64,000 nucleotides of DNA from Eledone cirrhosa (taxonomy: Eukaryota). The translations under genes and the position numbers were made by a program. Positions within the stretch are counted from its first letter, which is position 1. Each line of letters starts with the position of its first letter. Positions 15,000 through 32,128 of the stretch are shown one piece after another. The DNA lies in contig OZ024748.1 in NCBI GenBank assembly GCA_964016885.1, positions 45,322,001-45,386,000 on the forward strand. The letters are read 5' to 3'. The notes under the pieces were generated by a model, which saw nothing but the letters and a program-made list of their open reading frames with translations, was not told where the DNA came from and did not search any database.

Positions 15000-16520
15000 A
15001 TGATGATGGTGATGTTGTTGGTGATTGTATTGGTGATAATGGTGGACAATGTGACTGTGAGATTAATGATGTTGCTGGTGATGGTGATGATGATGATGCT
15101 GGTGATAATGGTGGACAATGTGACTGTGAGGTTAATAATGTTGCTGGTGATGGTGTGTGATGGTGGTGATGGTGATAATGGTGGACAATGTGACTGTGAG
15201 GTTAATAATGTTGCTGGTGGTGGTGTGTGATGGTGGTGATGGTGATAATGGTGGACAATGTGACTGTGAGGTTAATAATGTTGCTGGTGGTGGTGTGTGA
15301 TGGTGGTGATGGTGGTGATGATGGTGATGATGGTGGTGATGATGGTGATGGTGGTGGTGATGATTGGTGGTGATGGGTGGTGGTGATGGTGGTGATGATT
15401 GGTGGTGATGATGGTGGTGATAGTGATGATAGTGATGATGGCGGTGATGGTGATGGGTGGTGGTGATGGTGGTGATGGTGATGATGGTGGTGATGGTGAT
15501 GGTGATGGTGGTGATGGTGGTGGTGATGATTGGTGGTGATGGGTGGTGGTGATGGTGGTGATGGTGGTGATGGTGGTGATGGTGGTGATGGTGGTGATGG
15601 TGATGGTGGTGATAATGGTGCTGGTGATGGTGGTGATGATTGGTGGTGATGGTGGTGATGGTGATGATGGTGGTGATGGTGGTGATGGTGATGATGATGG
15701 TGGTGATGGGTGGTGGTGATGGTGATGATGGTGATGGTGGTGATAGTGATGGTGGTGGTGGTGGTGGTGATGATGATGGTGGTGATGGGTGGTGATGATA
15801 GTGATGATGGTGGTGATGGTAGTGATAGTGATGTTGATAAAAAAGATGATCATAATGATAATGATGATGATGTTTGTGATAATTGTGATAAAGTCTGAGT
15901 TATCTTGATATCTTGAAAGTGATGATAATGATAACGATGATGATGATGATGATGGTGGTGGTGATGGTGATGGTGGTGGTGATGGTGATGATGATGGTGA
16001 TGGTGATGGTGATGATGATGGTGATGGTGATGATAATGATAGTGATGATGATGGTGGTGGTGATGGTGATGATGATGATGGTGATGATAATGATAGTGAT
16101 GATGATGATGATTATGATGACGATGGTGATGATGGTGATGATGATGATGATGATGGTGATGATGGTGATGATGATGATGATGATGATGATGATGGTGATG
16201 ATGGTGATGATGATGACGGTGGTGATGGTGATGATGATGGTGGTGATGGAGGTGATGGTGATGATGGTGGTGATGATGGTGATGATGGTGATGGTGATGA
16301 TGATGATGGTGGTGGTGATGGTGATGATGATGATGACGATGGTGATGGTGATGATGGTGATGATGATGCTGATGATGGTGGTGGTGATGGTGGTGATGGT
16401 GATGATGATGATGACGATGGTGATCATGGTGGTGATCATGGTGATGATGATGATGGTGATGATGGTGGTGGTGGTGAGGGTGGTGGTGATGGTGGTGATG
16501 ATGATGATGATGATGGTAGC
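15000..16520. repeat. Compound (GAT/GGT)n microsatellite with four ~65-bp GGTGATAATGGTGGACAATGTGACTGTGAG units at its start
   Basis: Direct reading. Confidence 0.95.
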
Positions 16521-16587
16521 AATGATAGCGATGGCTACCGTTAACAGTGATGGTGATGGTAAATATGGCATTGACGATGACACACAC

Positions 16588-16674
<87 letters not shown>

Positions 16675-16784
16675 CACACACACACAGACACGCACACACA
16701 CACACACACGTATAATATATATATATATATATATTTGTGTGTGTGAAACTATGTATATTAGTATGCATGTATATGTACACATAT

Positions 16785-18170
16785 ACACACATTCATATAT
16801 ATTTATATGTGTGTGTGTATGTTATTATGTATGCACATATACACACATTTATATATATTTATATGTGTGTGTGTATGTTACTATGTATGCATATATACAC
16901 ACATTCATATATATTTATATGTGTGTGTGTATGTTATTATGTATGCATATATACACTCATTCATATATATTTATATGTGTGTGTGTATGTTATTATGTAT
17001 GCATATATACACTCATTCATATATATTTATATGTGTGTGTGTATGTTATTATGTATGCATATATACACTCATTCATATATATTTATATGTGTGTGTGTAT
17101 GTTATTATGTATGCATATATACACTCATTCATATATATTTATATGTGTGTGTGTATGTTATTATGTATGCATATATACACTCATTCATATATATTTATAT
17201 GTGTGTGTGTATGTTATTATGTATGCATATTTACACTCATTCATATATATTTATATGTGTGTGTGTATGTTATTATGTATGAATATATACACTCATTCAT
17301 ATATATTTATATGTGTGTGTGTATGTTATTATGTATGCATATATACACACATTCATATATATTTATGTGTGTGTATGTTATTATGTATGCATATGTACAC
17401 ACATTCATATATATTTATATGTGTGTGTGTATATTATTATGTATGCATATGTACACTCATTCATATATATTTATATATGTGTGTGTATGTTATTATGTAT
17501 GCATATGTACACAGATTCATATATATTTATATGTGTGTGTGTATGTTATTATGTATGCATATGTACACAGATTCATATATATTTATATGTGTGTGTGTAT
17601 GTTACTATGTATGCATATATACACACATTCATATATATTTATATGTGTGTGTGTATGTTATTATGTATGCATATGTACACAGATTCATATATATTTATAT
17701 GTGTGTGTGCCTATGTTATTATGTATGCATATATACACTCATTCATATATATTTATATGTGTATGTGTATGTTATTATGTATGCATATGTATACTCATTC
17801 ATATATATTTATATATGTGTGTGTATGTTATTATGTATGCATATATACACTCATTCATATATATTTATATATGTGTGTGTATGTTATTATGTATGCATAT
17901 GTATACTCATTCATATATATTTATATGTGTGTGTGTATGTTATTATGTATGCATATATACACTCATTCATATATATTTATATATGTGTGTGTATGTTATT
18001 ATGTATGCATATGTACACAGATTCATATATATTTATATGTGTGTGTGCCTATGTTATTATGTATGCATATATACACTCATTCATATATATTTATATGTGT
18101 GTGCCTATGTTATTATGTATGCATATATACACTCATTCATATATATTTATATGTGTGTGTGCCTATGTTA
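16785..18170. repeat. 56-bp minisatellite (~25 copies)
   Basis: GTTATTATG(TATGCAT) recurs at 16821, 16877 (variant), 16933, 16989, 17045, 17101 and onward. Confidence 0.95.
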
Positions 18171-18181
18171 GTATGCGCGCC

Positions 18182-18218
<37 letters not shown>

Positions 18219-18242
18219 ACACCCACACACCCACACACACAT

Positions 18243-18277
<35 letters not shown>

Positions 18278-18383
18278 ACTATCCGTGCCTGTGTGTGTGC
18301 GTATGAGATTGTATAAGTGGTTGGTTGCTGTTATGTGAGTGTGAGAGTGTGGATGTGTGTGTGCAGATGTGTGTTTGTGTGTG

Positions 18384-18444
<61 letters not shown>

Positions 18445-19041
18445 TGTGTCTCAATATGTGTGTGTATATGTGGTAGCTTCTGTCCGGGTGTGTGTGTGTA
18501 TATAAAGATGTACGTTGACGTGTTGAATGACGTCACAAGGACTTAGTAGATGAGAAGAGGAAGGTGAAGGGGAGGACGAGGCGAAGACGAAGAAGAAGAA
18601 GAAGAAGAAGAAGAAGTCAAAGAAGAAGAAGAAGGCAAAGAAGAAGAAGAAGAAGAAGAAGAAGAAGAAGAAGAAGAAGAAGAAGAAGAAGAAGAAGAAG
18701 AAGAAGAATGAGGAGGAGGAGGAAGAGGAGGAGGAGGGAGTATAATGGTTAATTGGTGATAATGGCGTATGTCAGTAAAGAAGGCAGCCATATATGTTGA
18801 GGAGAAAATGTCAGTGCACTAATTAAATGAATGAAATGTGTTGAAGAACTTACCAAGAAGGTTGCTACCATCACCTTCCACCACACCAACAACATGTCAT
18901 TCCTAAAGCATGAATACAAACCATACCAACAAACTAACCAACCAACCAACCAACCAGCCAGCCAACCAGCTACAGCTACCCACGGAATATCCAGCCGCTC
19001 TAACTACTATATTCACTAATCCAAACTTATCAAAGACGTCT

Positions 19042-19156
<115 letters not shown>

Positions 19157-19283
19157 GGAGGTGAGTTTTATTGCAGCACAATAAAGCAATGCAAATATCG
19201 GATAAGTAGCACTCAACCGTTTATAGGACTGAAGTATAAATAATATAAAATCAAAAGATGGTTAAAAGAATTCCATTTATATA

Positions 19284-19350
<67 letters not shown>

Positions 19351-19361
19351 GTATATATATG

Positions 19362-19440
<79 letters not shown>

Positions 19441-19485
19441 TAATTCAAAATATTAACAAAATAGATATTCTTGTGATCAAGTATA

Positions 19486-19548
19486 TTTTATTATACATAT
19501 TTCAGAGGTACTGAGTTAAGTTCAACAGTACGTCCTCATCAGATAAAA
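19486..19548 (-). ncRNA. Type I hammerhead, TTTTAT superfamily; partner at 20241-20302 (+)
   Basis: UUUUAU-CUGAUGA-GGA C GUACUG...CAGUAC C UCU-GAAA-UAUGUA-UA/AUAAAA. Confidence 0.8.
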
Positions 19549-20377
19549 TAAGATGATGCATGACATACCCTGACATTGTTGAAGATTCAGTCATTGAACC
19601 TTGTTTAAATTTTATATATATATATATACAAATATAATTCAGCGAGAATCGTATTTTGGCTGGTAGAAAGAGCGAAACGAAACGCAAAATCGTAGCAATA
19701 CTGGCAAGCACTCAATAGTTAAAAAACCAGAGCTAAACCATGTTAAAACGCCATACAAACTGAAAAAGTGGTTAAGAAGGCATTAACCACCTAAGCCAAA
19801 AAATATATCAGGTCAAACAAAATAAATGATAAAGAAAATAAATGATAAAAACCTGGACTCAAATGGAACTGGTGGTAAAATCCAAATGCTGGGTTTCTAT
19901 GACACCTAAATCAATAATACTGTCTGCTTAAAGCTATAAGCTTTCAGCATAAAGATCGAACAAGGAATATCACGTTATCAACAGGTAATTCTTTCTGCTC
20001 TGTAACCAACTTTGCGAGTGACGCCAAACATAGTAAACGCACATGTGTAAGTCACAAGGGGAAATTCCCCATATTTTGGCAAAGGAATTCAGTATGTGTA
20101 TATCATACAAAAAATTGCATAGAGAGCACAAATGGAATAAGCACTCAACCGGGTAGTTTTTAAGACATATATATATAGACTGACAGAACTGAAATTGAAC
20201 CCATCAGCAGCATAGTTGAGGTATGTCAGACATCAATTTATTTTATCTGATGAGGACGGACTGATGAAACAGCTCAGTACCTCTGAAATATATATAATAA
20301 AATATATTTGATCACATGAATGTCTATATTTATTAATATTTTGAAATAATATATATATATATATATATGTATATGTA

Positions 20378-21031
<654 letters not shown>

Positions 21032-21164
21032 TCACACCAAAACCGTATTGTTTACACACACACACGCACACACAAATGTGCGTGCGTGTGTGTGTGTTTG
21101 TGTGTAATCAATAGGGTTTTGGTGTGGTGGTACTTGAGAGGAATATTTGTGAATGTAAATATTT

Positions 21165-22030
21165 GTGGTGGTGGTGTTGGAGGTAGTGGTGGTGATGGAG
21201 TTGGTGGTGGTGATGGTGGTGTCGGTGGTGTTGGAGTTGGTGGTGTTGGTGGTATTGGTGGTAATGGTGGTGGTGGTGGTGTTGGTGGTAGTGGTGGTGA
21301 TGGTGGTGTTGGTGGTATTGGAATTGGTGGTGGTGATGATGGTGTTGGTGGTATTGGAGTTGGTGGTGGTAGTGATGGTGTTGGTGGTGGTGTTGGAGTT
21401 GGTGGTGTTGGTGGTGTTGGTGGTAGTGGTGGTGATGGTGGTGTTGGTAGTATTGGAGTTGGTGGTGGTGATGGTGTTGGTGGTGTTGGTGGTGGTAGTG
21501 GTGATGGTGTTGGTGGTGTTGGAGGTAGTGGTGGTGATGGAGTTGGTGGTGGTGATGGTGGTGTTGGTGGTGTTGGTAGTGGTGGTGATGGTGGTGTTGG
21601 TGGTATTGGAGTTGGTGGTGGTGATGGTGTTAGTGGTGTTGGTGGTGGTAGTGGTGATGGTGTTGGTGGTGTTGGAGGTAGTGGTGGTGATGGAGTTGGT
21701 GGTGGTGATGGTGGTGTTGGTGGTATTGGAGTTGGTGGTAGTGGTGATGGTGGTGGTGGTGGTGATGGTGGTGTTGGTGGTAGTGGTGGTAGTGGTGATG
21801 GTGGTGGTGGTGGTGTTGGTGGTAGTGGTGATGGTGGTGATGGTGGTGTTGGTGGTGGTAGTGGTGGTGATGGTGGTGTTGGTGGTATTGGAATTGGTGG
21901 TGGTGGTGATGGTGTTGGTGGTGTTGGTGGTGGTAGTGGTGATGGTGGTGGTGGTGGTGGTGTTGGTGGTAGTGGTGGTGATGGTGGTGTTGGTGGTATT
22001 GGAGTTGGTGGTAGTGGTGATGGTGGTGTC
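21165..22030. repeat. Degenerate (GGT)n microsatellite
   Basis: Direct reading. Confidence 0.95.
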
Positions 22031-22099
22031 TGCCTAATTAGTGTGGTAGTAATGAGGTAGTAAGGTTGGGAGGAGTCGTTGGTGTCTAGCTGTGGGGTG

Positions 22100-22670
<571 letters not shown>

Positions 22671-22729
22671 GATGGCTGCCCCCTCGTTATCGAGTATGGC
22701 CATTGCACAATAAAAAAAAAAAAAAAAAA

Positions 22730-22777
<48 letters not shown>

Positions 22778-22969
22778 GAAAAAAAAAAAAAAAAAAAAAA
22801 ATAAAAAAGGGAAAAGATATATATATACATATATATATACACACATATATATACATATATATATACATACACATATATATACACACACATACATACACAT
22901 ACATACATATATACACACACACATACATACACATACACTCACACATATATACACACATACATTAATAAC

Positions 22970-23024
<55 letters not shown>

Positions 23025-23103
23025 GCAATAATATTAATAACGACAACAACAACAATAATATACATATTCATGTATATATACACACACACGCACGCACATA
23101 AGC

Positions 23104-23141
<38 letters not shown>

Positions 23142-25272
23142 GATAGCAACTAACAGTGCTGCGATCGAATGTGGCTTTTTAGCCCAGCCAATGATCTAAA
23201 ATGTCTTGCACAGAGTCGGCAACCAAAACATTTACTGGGAATAGTCGGCTGTGGTTGGAGTTCGTGTACTTTTGCATGTCGCTTGAGTCCTCCTGCTGAT
23301 TTACATTCTCTACCACATGTTTGGCAAGCATGATGAGTAGCATCTCCAACAGCAGCCTGGTAGTCAACCACTGGTCTTACTTTATGACTGCGAAGATGAC
23401 TTTCGAGTCCAGCTTTGCTTAGGCAGAGTCTCGCACAGACGCTGCATGTCAGAAACATAGGAGGACCCTCGCCGTCTGGAAGTGCAACAGCAATACCCTT
23501 CCTCACGTCCCGCTTTACTTTCTCGTGTGCGATTCGAGATGCCTCAAAGGCAACTTTTCCCTCATATACAGTCTTTCTCCATTTATTACGATCAGCAGCA
23601 ATATTTTCCCATGTATCAGCAGAGATGTTAGCGTCTTTCAGAGAGGCCTTCAAGGAATCCTTATACCTCTTTTTTGGTTTATGTGGCGGTCGTTTTCCTT
23701 TAACCAACTCTCCATAGAAGAGTTGTTTTGGTATTCTAGAATCCTTCATCCTGGCAAGGTGACCACTCCAACGGAGTCGCTGCTTAAGCACAAGAGCTTC
23801 TATACTGTCACACATAGAGCTTTCCAAAATCTCGACATCACTGATGTGGTCCCTCCAGCGAACGCCATGTATCCGTCTGAGACACATCTGATGGAAACGC
23901 TCCAATTGCCTAAGGTGGCGTCGATATGTGACCCAGGTCTCGCAGGCATAAAGAAGACAAGAGAGTACACATGCCCTGTACACCCTTACCTTTGTCCTCC
24001 TGCATATATCTCGCCGACCCCAGAGTCGCCTTTCTAGCTTTCCGAAAGCATCACTTGCTTTCCTAATCCTAAGTGAGATTTCACTGTCAAGGTTGCCGTA
24101 TCGATTGACAGTGCTTCCCAGGTAGACAAACTGATCAACCACTCCAAGTCGTTTGCCATACACATAGATGTTTGGTTCAGTGTACTGCCTACCAGGTGCA
24201 GGTTGGTACATGACGACGGTTTTCTTGAGACTGACAGTCAAACCCAGGGCAGTGCAAGCGTCAGAAAATACATTCAAAATGTGCTGCATATCACTCTCTG
24301 TGTGAGCTACAAGATCGCAATCATCTGCATACAAGAGGTCTCTTATGACTGATGTAAATACCTTTGTCTTCGCAGCAAAGCGCCTGATGTTAAATATGCT
24401 GCCTGAGGTTCGATATCGGATGTAAACACCATGCTCGCAATTCCTGAATGCAACACAGAAAACCATTGCAAAGTATATGGCAAACAGGGTCGGTGCTGGA
24501 ATATCCCCCTGTTTCACTCCATTTTTTACTGAGATAGGCTCCGACATGTTACCTCCGACATTAACCCAAGCCTTCATGTCGTCATGGAAAGACCTAACTA
24601 AAGCAAGGAACTTATCAGGGCAACCAAGTTTCTGGAGAATCTTCCATAATGCATCTCTGTTGACAGTATCGAAAGCCTTTGTCAGATCGACAAAAACCTG
24701 ATACAGATCCAAGCCCTGTTCAATGCACTTCTCCTGGAGCTGTCTAGCTGAGAAGATCATATCAGTAGTGCCGCGTCCAACACGAAAACCAGATTGACTT
24801 TCAGGAAGGACACAATCTGCAATGTGTGTCAGCAGACGGTCCAGAAGCACCCTACATAAAACTTTCCCCACGACAGAAAGCAATGATATACCTCTGTAGT
24901 TCCCACAATCATTCCTGTTACCCTTTCCCTTGTACAAGACCACCATTACTGCATCTCTCCAGTCCTCAGGCACGGATTCATTAGCCCATATCCTTCCAAA
25001 CAGAGAGTGAAGATGTTGCAGGAGTCTCTAACCACCATATTGTAGGAGCTCAGCATGTATGCCATCCATACCTGGAGATCTTCCACTGTTCAGCTTCGAA
25101 ATAGCCACTGCAACCTCCACAAGTGTCGGAGGTTCTGCGAGAGCTACTTTCACAGGACTTTCCGGAATGAGATTGAGGAAATCTTCACTGACGACAGACG
25201 GCTGATTCAAAAGATCATCAAAGTGCTCTCGCCACCTTCGTAGAATTCCCTGTGAGTCACGAAGAAGTTCTT
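22671..25272 (-). mobile_element. 5'-truncated RTE-clade-like non-LTR retrotransposon (LINE)
   Basis: RT ORF. The 3' end carries a CTCG-ATAA-CGAG hairpin followed by GGGCAGCCATC, as expected for RTE-type ends. The 3'UTR is filled with microsatellites. No endonuclease domain. Confidence 0.9.
23150..25272 (-). pseudogene. LINE ORF2 remnant: reverse transcriptase plus three C-terminal C2H2 zinc fingers; in-frame TAG at 25028-25030
   Basis: Motifs NYRGISLL, VDLTKAFDTV, GVKQG, LYADD, YLGS and three CxxC..H..H fingers. The upstream ORF (RRWREHF...SPGMDGIHAELLQYGG*) continues in frame into the 607-aa ORF. Confidence 0.92.
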
Positions 25273-25517
25273 GTGTGGAGGAAATAGTTAGGATGGGATT
25301 GTGGAATATTAACAGATGGAAAAGGTCACCAATTCTGAGGAATCCATCAAGAACCCCCACTAATACATATCAACACTTACTCCTCCTCCCCCGCCGCCGC
25401 CGTCATCTGGCATCATCATCATCATCATCATCATCATTAACATCTTCATCGATGTTGAGAAATATTTCCCTAATTCACACTTTTTATACACACACACACA
25501 TACACGTGTGTGTGTAT

Positions 25518-25661
<144 letters not shown>

Positions 25662-25685
25662 ATATATAATATATATATATATATA

Positions 25686-26241
<556 letters not shown>

Positions 26242-26339
26242 TATATATATATATGTATACATATATATATATAAGTATATATATATATGTTTATATATAT
26301 AAGTATATATATATGCATACACACATATATATATGTATA

Positions 26340-26415
<76 letters not shown>

Positions 26416-26496
26416 GATAAGTATATATATATACATATATATATATATATGTATATATATATACATATATATATACTTAGATAGATAGATATACAA

Positions 26497-26576
<80 letters not shown>

Positions 26577-26577
26577 T

Positions 26578-26609
<32 letters not shown>

Positions 26610-26653
26610 TATACATATAAATATATTCACTTATAGATACACATACACACACG

Positions 26654-26853
26654 NNNNNNNNNNNNNNNNNNNNNNNNNNNNNNNNNNNNNNNNNNNNNNN
26701 NNNNNNNNNNNNNNNNNNNNNNNNNNNNNNNNNNNNNNNNNNNNNNNNNNNNNNNNNNNNNNNNNNNNNNNNNNNNNNNNNNNNNNNNNNNNNNNNNNNN
26801 NNNNNNNNNNNNNNNNNNNNNNNNNNNNNNNNNNNNNNNNNNNNNNNNNNNNN
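26654..26853. other. Assembly gap (200 N)
   Basis: N run. Confidence 1.
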
Positions 26854-26883
26854 ATATACTTAAGATATATAATAGATATACAA

Positions 26884-26965
<82 letters not shown>

Positions 26966-26966
26966 T

Positions 26967-26998
<32 letters not shown>

Positions 26999-27249
26999 TA
27001 TACATATAAATATATTCACTTATAGATACACATACACACACGCATATATATATATATACCCTCTTATGTAATTACACACAGACCTTTAAGTTATTTCTCT
27101 CTCCCCCTCTCTCTCTATATATATATATTTATATATATATTTATACACACAGACATATATATATATATGTATACATACATACATACATACATACATACAT
27201 ACATACATACATGCATACATACATACATACATACATACATATACATACA

Positions 27250-27383
<134 letters not shown>

Positions 27384-27696
27384 CAGGCATGTTCCAGAAG
27401 CTTCTGCTCTCTTCAAAAGAATTCAAAAGATAATCAAAGAAGAGTCATTTACATTCTGTTTGAAGCCACATAAAGTATTCTTCACCATTCTTCACCATTC
27501 TTCACCATTCTCTTCAAGTGGTCAGTCTATGAAGATAAGACATACACATAGAAAAACAAGGAATAACATCAAACAACAACAGTTACAACAACAACACCTA
27601 CAACAATAACAGTTACAACAACAAAGAAAAGTTCTGGAACGTTTTATCAAATGGATTGATGCAAACTGTTAATAGTTTCCGTCACTCGTGTTCCAC

Positions 27697-28420
27697 TCTT
27701 CTTCTTCTTCTTCTTCTTCTTCTTCTTCTTCTTCTTCTTCTTCTTCTTCTTCTTCTTCTCCTCCTCCTCCTCCTCCTTCTTCTTCTTCTTCTTCTTCTTC
27801 TTCTTCTTCTTCTTCTTCTTCTTCTTCTTCTTCTCCTCCTCCTCCTCCTCCTCCTCCTCCTCCTCCTTCTTCTTCTTCTTCTTCTTCTTCTTCTTCTTCT
27901 CCTTCTTCTTCTTCTTCTTCTTCTTCTTCTTCTTCTTCTTCTCCTCCTCCTCCTCCTCCTCCTCCTCCTTCTTCTTCTTCTTCTTCTTCTTCTTCTTCTT
28001 CTTCTCCTCCTCCTCCTCCTCCTCCTCCTCCTCCTCCTCCTCCTTCTTCTTCTTCTTCTTCTTCTTCTTCTTCTTCTTCTTCTCCTCCTCCTCCTCCTCC
28101 TTCTTCTTCTTCTTCTCCTCCTCCTCCTCCTCCTCCTCCTCCTTCTTCTTCTTCTTCTTCTTCTTCTTCTTTTTCTTCTTCTTCTTCTTCTTCTTCTTCT
28201 TCTTCTTCTTCTTCTTCTTCTTCTTCTTCTTCTTCTTCTTCTTCTTCTTCTTCTTCTTCTTCTTCTTCTTCTTCTTCTTCTTCTTCTTCTTCTTCTCCTT
28301 CTTCTTCTTCTTCTTCTTCTCCTCCTCCTCCTCCTCCTCCTCCTCCTCCTCTTCTTCTTCTTCTTCTTCTTCTTCTTCTTCTTCTTCTTCTTCTTCTTCT
28401 TCTTCTTCTTCTTCTTCTTC
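27697..28420. repeat. (CTT/CCT)n microsatellite, probably the expanded (GAA)n tail of the adjacent LINE fragment
   Basis: Abuts the 3' end of the minus-strand LINE fragment. Confidence 0.9.
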
Positions 28421-28760
28421 GCCCACTTATTCCTGAGAGGGTCGCCGGGGGCAGAGTCCTCAAACACACCTTCCAGCGGGTCCTGTCAGAAGCAACCGTC
28501 TCCAACAGATCCGGCTGGATCACCAAACGAGACCGCCCAATTTTATAGACATCATCCAACTATCTTGTCCAGGGTCTACCCCTGGGTCCCCTGCCAGTTG
28601 GTTTTGCCCGTAAAAATCTGTCCCTCCATTCTAACCGCTTGCCCATAGTATCGGAGCTGTGATCTCTCAATTCTGTCCAGTGATTCTTTCCTGAGACATT
28701 CTAACCACATGACTAAATGATCGGGGCTTTGATCTCTTCAATTTGGAGAAGTAGCGGCTC
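28421..28760 (-). pseudogene. 3' fragment of an RTE-like LINE ORF2
   Basis: Minus strand reads ..IERSQLRYYGQAVRM..GRGPRGRPWTR*LDDV..VASDRTRWK, typical of an RTE C-terminus. Confidence 0.75.
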
Positions 28761-28958
28761 AGTTTTTCTCTTTCTCTATCTCCCACGCTCTCTCTCTCCT
28801 CCTTACTCTCTCCGACTCGCTCTCTCTGTCTCTCTCTCTCTCTGTCTGTCTATCTATCTGTCTCTCTGTCTGTCTCATTCTCTCTCTCTCACTCTCTCAC
28901 TCAATCTCCCTCAGTTCTCAGTCTCCCTGATTCACTCTCTTCCTCCTTCTCGCTCCCC

Positions 28959-29004
<46 letters not shown>

Positions 29005-29117
29005 TTCTCTCTCTCTCTCCGTGTCTCTCACTCTGTCTATCTGACTGTCACTTTCGCTCACTCTCTCCCCCAGTCTCCCTCTCTTCCTCCACGCCTCTCT
29101 TTGTCTCCCCCTCTCTC

Positions 29118-29193
<76 letters not shown>

Positions 29194-29248
29194 GCTATCT
29201 CTCTATCTACCCCTCTCTCTCTCTAAATATATATGCACATATATATGC

Positions 29249-29279
<31 letters not shown>

Positions 29280-29397
29280 AGTTATTCCGGGTTGAATCGG
29301 AGGTAACCACAGTAAGTAAGGTACTCAATACATAGCAGAGTATAAAAGTTTTAATATATATTATTATATATTAAAACATATATATATATATAAATAG

Positions 29398-29440
<43 letters not shown>

Positions 29441-29633
29441 AAGATATGTATTGAGAATGGACAGCTGAGATTTAGTTAACAAGCACTCGTTGACCTCAGA
29501 GTAAACGTGCAGGTTACATAGGAATTGCTTTGGTAGTTTCAGCATTCTTCATCCGTTTCTGTAGATGGTTCTCTACACACACGCACACACAAACACGAAC
29601 ACACACACACACAAACACATACACACACACGCA

Positions 29634-29724
<91 letters not shown>

Positions 29725-29789
29725 ACATACACACACACACAAACACACACATACACACGCACACATACACACGCACACAAACACACACG

Positions 29790-29876
<87 letters not shown>

Positions 29877-30243
29877 TATATATGAACAGACTCACACTGA
29901 GACACAGAAATACACTCATATATATGGACGAGTCGCTATATTTTTTTCAATACATCTATTGAGGTGTGACGCACGTTTCTCGTCCGATCAGCTCAGGGTT
30001 CGTTCTGTATCAATCGAGCCCGACTCAGGAATCAAAAGCTCATCGAACTCCTGTTATCGTAATAGTAGAATGATTCCATTACACTTTTAGTACAATCACA
30101 AAATACATACTGGAGATTACGCAACGAGTGCTCACTTTGGTGAACCTACAGTTACTTGACATTACAATCCCTATATATATAGCGTGAAATTAATAAACAT
30201 TCGTTGTACTGCCTCTCTGTTTTGTCCCTGTTCAAATTTTTCC

Positions 30244-30287
<44 letters not shown>

Positions 30288-30818
30288 AAAAATATGGGGA
30301 GAAGAATACTGCATGGTTGAACATGGATAACATGTTATAAAATGAGTCCCTCATCAGTGATTTGCCAACGGTCATTGGTATTTCATTGCATTAAAAATCA
30401 TATACCTCACGTTGGTGCAATAATAACTAAAATAAGTTATTAAAACAATTAAAACGCGTAAAGCGCGTGAGACAAGTAAACAAACAGGGGAAAGCCGAAG
30501 ATAGGAAGAAACACAAGCTACATAGTTATTCTATCAGTATATATATGAATAAAATTAGAGCAAGAAGACATGACTGTCCGTCATCAGTGATCTTCCAGCC
30601 ATCATCGGTATTTGTTCGCATTGAAGACCATATACCTCAGGCTGGTGCGAGCAATAACTAAATAAAGTTATTGGGACAATAAATGTCACCAGTTCTTTCA
30701 GAAAACAACACCATACATCGGAGAGGGCATATCAAAGGGCCGAAATAACGGAGGTAATCTTTGTTCCATCGTTATTTTTTTCTGTTTTTCCTATGGAAGC
30801 TCTAGCTATCTGATGAGG

Positions 30819-30917
<99 letters not shown>

Positions 30918-31123
30918 TAACAGATTAAAGTTTAAGCAAAGAATCGCTGCTTTCACCCTTAACGGGATCTTCTGAAACTAACAAAGTCAATATGTAAACG
31001 CAGAAGTGGATAAACTTTAATCTGTTATTTTAATAAATATTTGCTCTACGGTTCTTATATATTTGATATATATTTATCCTTATCGAGCGCTCTTTGGATT
31101 TTAGTCTTCAATTTTATTATTAT

Positions 31124-31212
<89 letters not shown>

Positions 31213-31674
31213 ACAGGTAAACAGAAATAACAACACAATCGGTACAATATATGGAAGGAATATATTAGGTTATCACTTGAAATAGCAGGAAGAGGGTCTT
31301 AATGTTTCGGACGATAGTCCTTGATCAGAAGAAAGAATGAGATATAAGATAAATTGAAGGGACTGGCTGGTTGGAATTGGAAAAAATGTGTTTAGAGAAA
31401 ATTCACAGGTCCATTTATGATACCATATATATATATATATACAAATATAATTTCAGTGAGATCGAATTTCGGCAGTGGTCGAAAACAAAGCGAAACGCAA
31501 TTTCTGAGTTATGCGGCAAGCGCTCCATGGACGAAAACAAGACAAGAGCAATAAACATAGGATATAGAAGCCAAACAAACTGAGAGAGGCGGTCAAGAAC
31601 CCCTCAGACACCTAAGCCAAAGAAAAAACGAAGCAAGCTAAATAGGTCAAACAAAAGAATATATATATATATAT

Positions 31675-32091
31675 ACGATATTAAACAAATGGAAACTATA
31701 TTTATAAAACCATATTTATTTCATTATACATATTTCAGGGATACCATATTAAAAATATGGCATGCCTTCGTCAGATAAAATACAATATATAACCAGTTTT
31801 ATAAATAATTTTGACGTACCATAAATATAGCGACCATTAAGGTAGGAAGCTATATTTATGGTACGTCAAAATTATTTATAAAACTGGTTATATATTGTAT
31901 TTTATCTGACGAAGGCATGCCATATTTTTAATATGGTATCCCTGAAATATGTATAATGAAATAAATATGGTTTTATAAATATAGTTTCCATTTGTTTAAT
32001 ATCGTATATCTACTCCAAAAACTTGTCGAGTGCTTTATATCAGTTATAAAATATTTACTTGTTGTAACCCAACAATTTTAAATAAAACTTT

Positions 32092-32093
<2 letters not shown>
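31675..32093. mobile_element. Perfect-arm fold-back, TTTTAT-HHR superfamily; HHRs at 31719-31780 (-) and 31900-31961 (+)
   Basis: UUUUAU-CUGACGA-AGG C AUGCCAUAUU..AAUAUGGUAU C CCU-GAAA-UAUGUA-UA/AUGAAA. GAGTGCT at 32028. Confidence 0.85.

Positions 32094-32128
<35 letters not shown>

Noticed and set aside
16547-18316. 589-aa and other long Y/I/C/V/H-rich ORFs
   Set aside because: Translations of a 56-bp minisatellite and TA/CA runs; open in several frames; no domain.
27647-28648. Poly-E/K/R/L/S ORFs
   Set aside because: Trinucleotide repeat; best explained as an expanded LINE tail.
30800-30825. Hammerhead at CTATCTGATGAGGTC
   Set aside because: Cut off by a TA run before stem II/GAAA; only a half motif related to 12713-12768.
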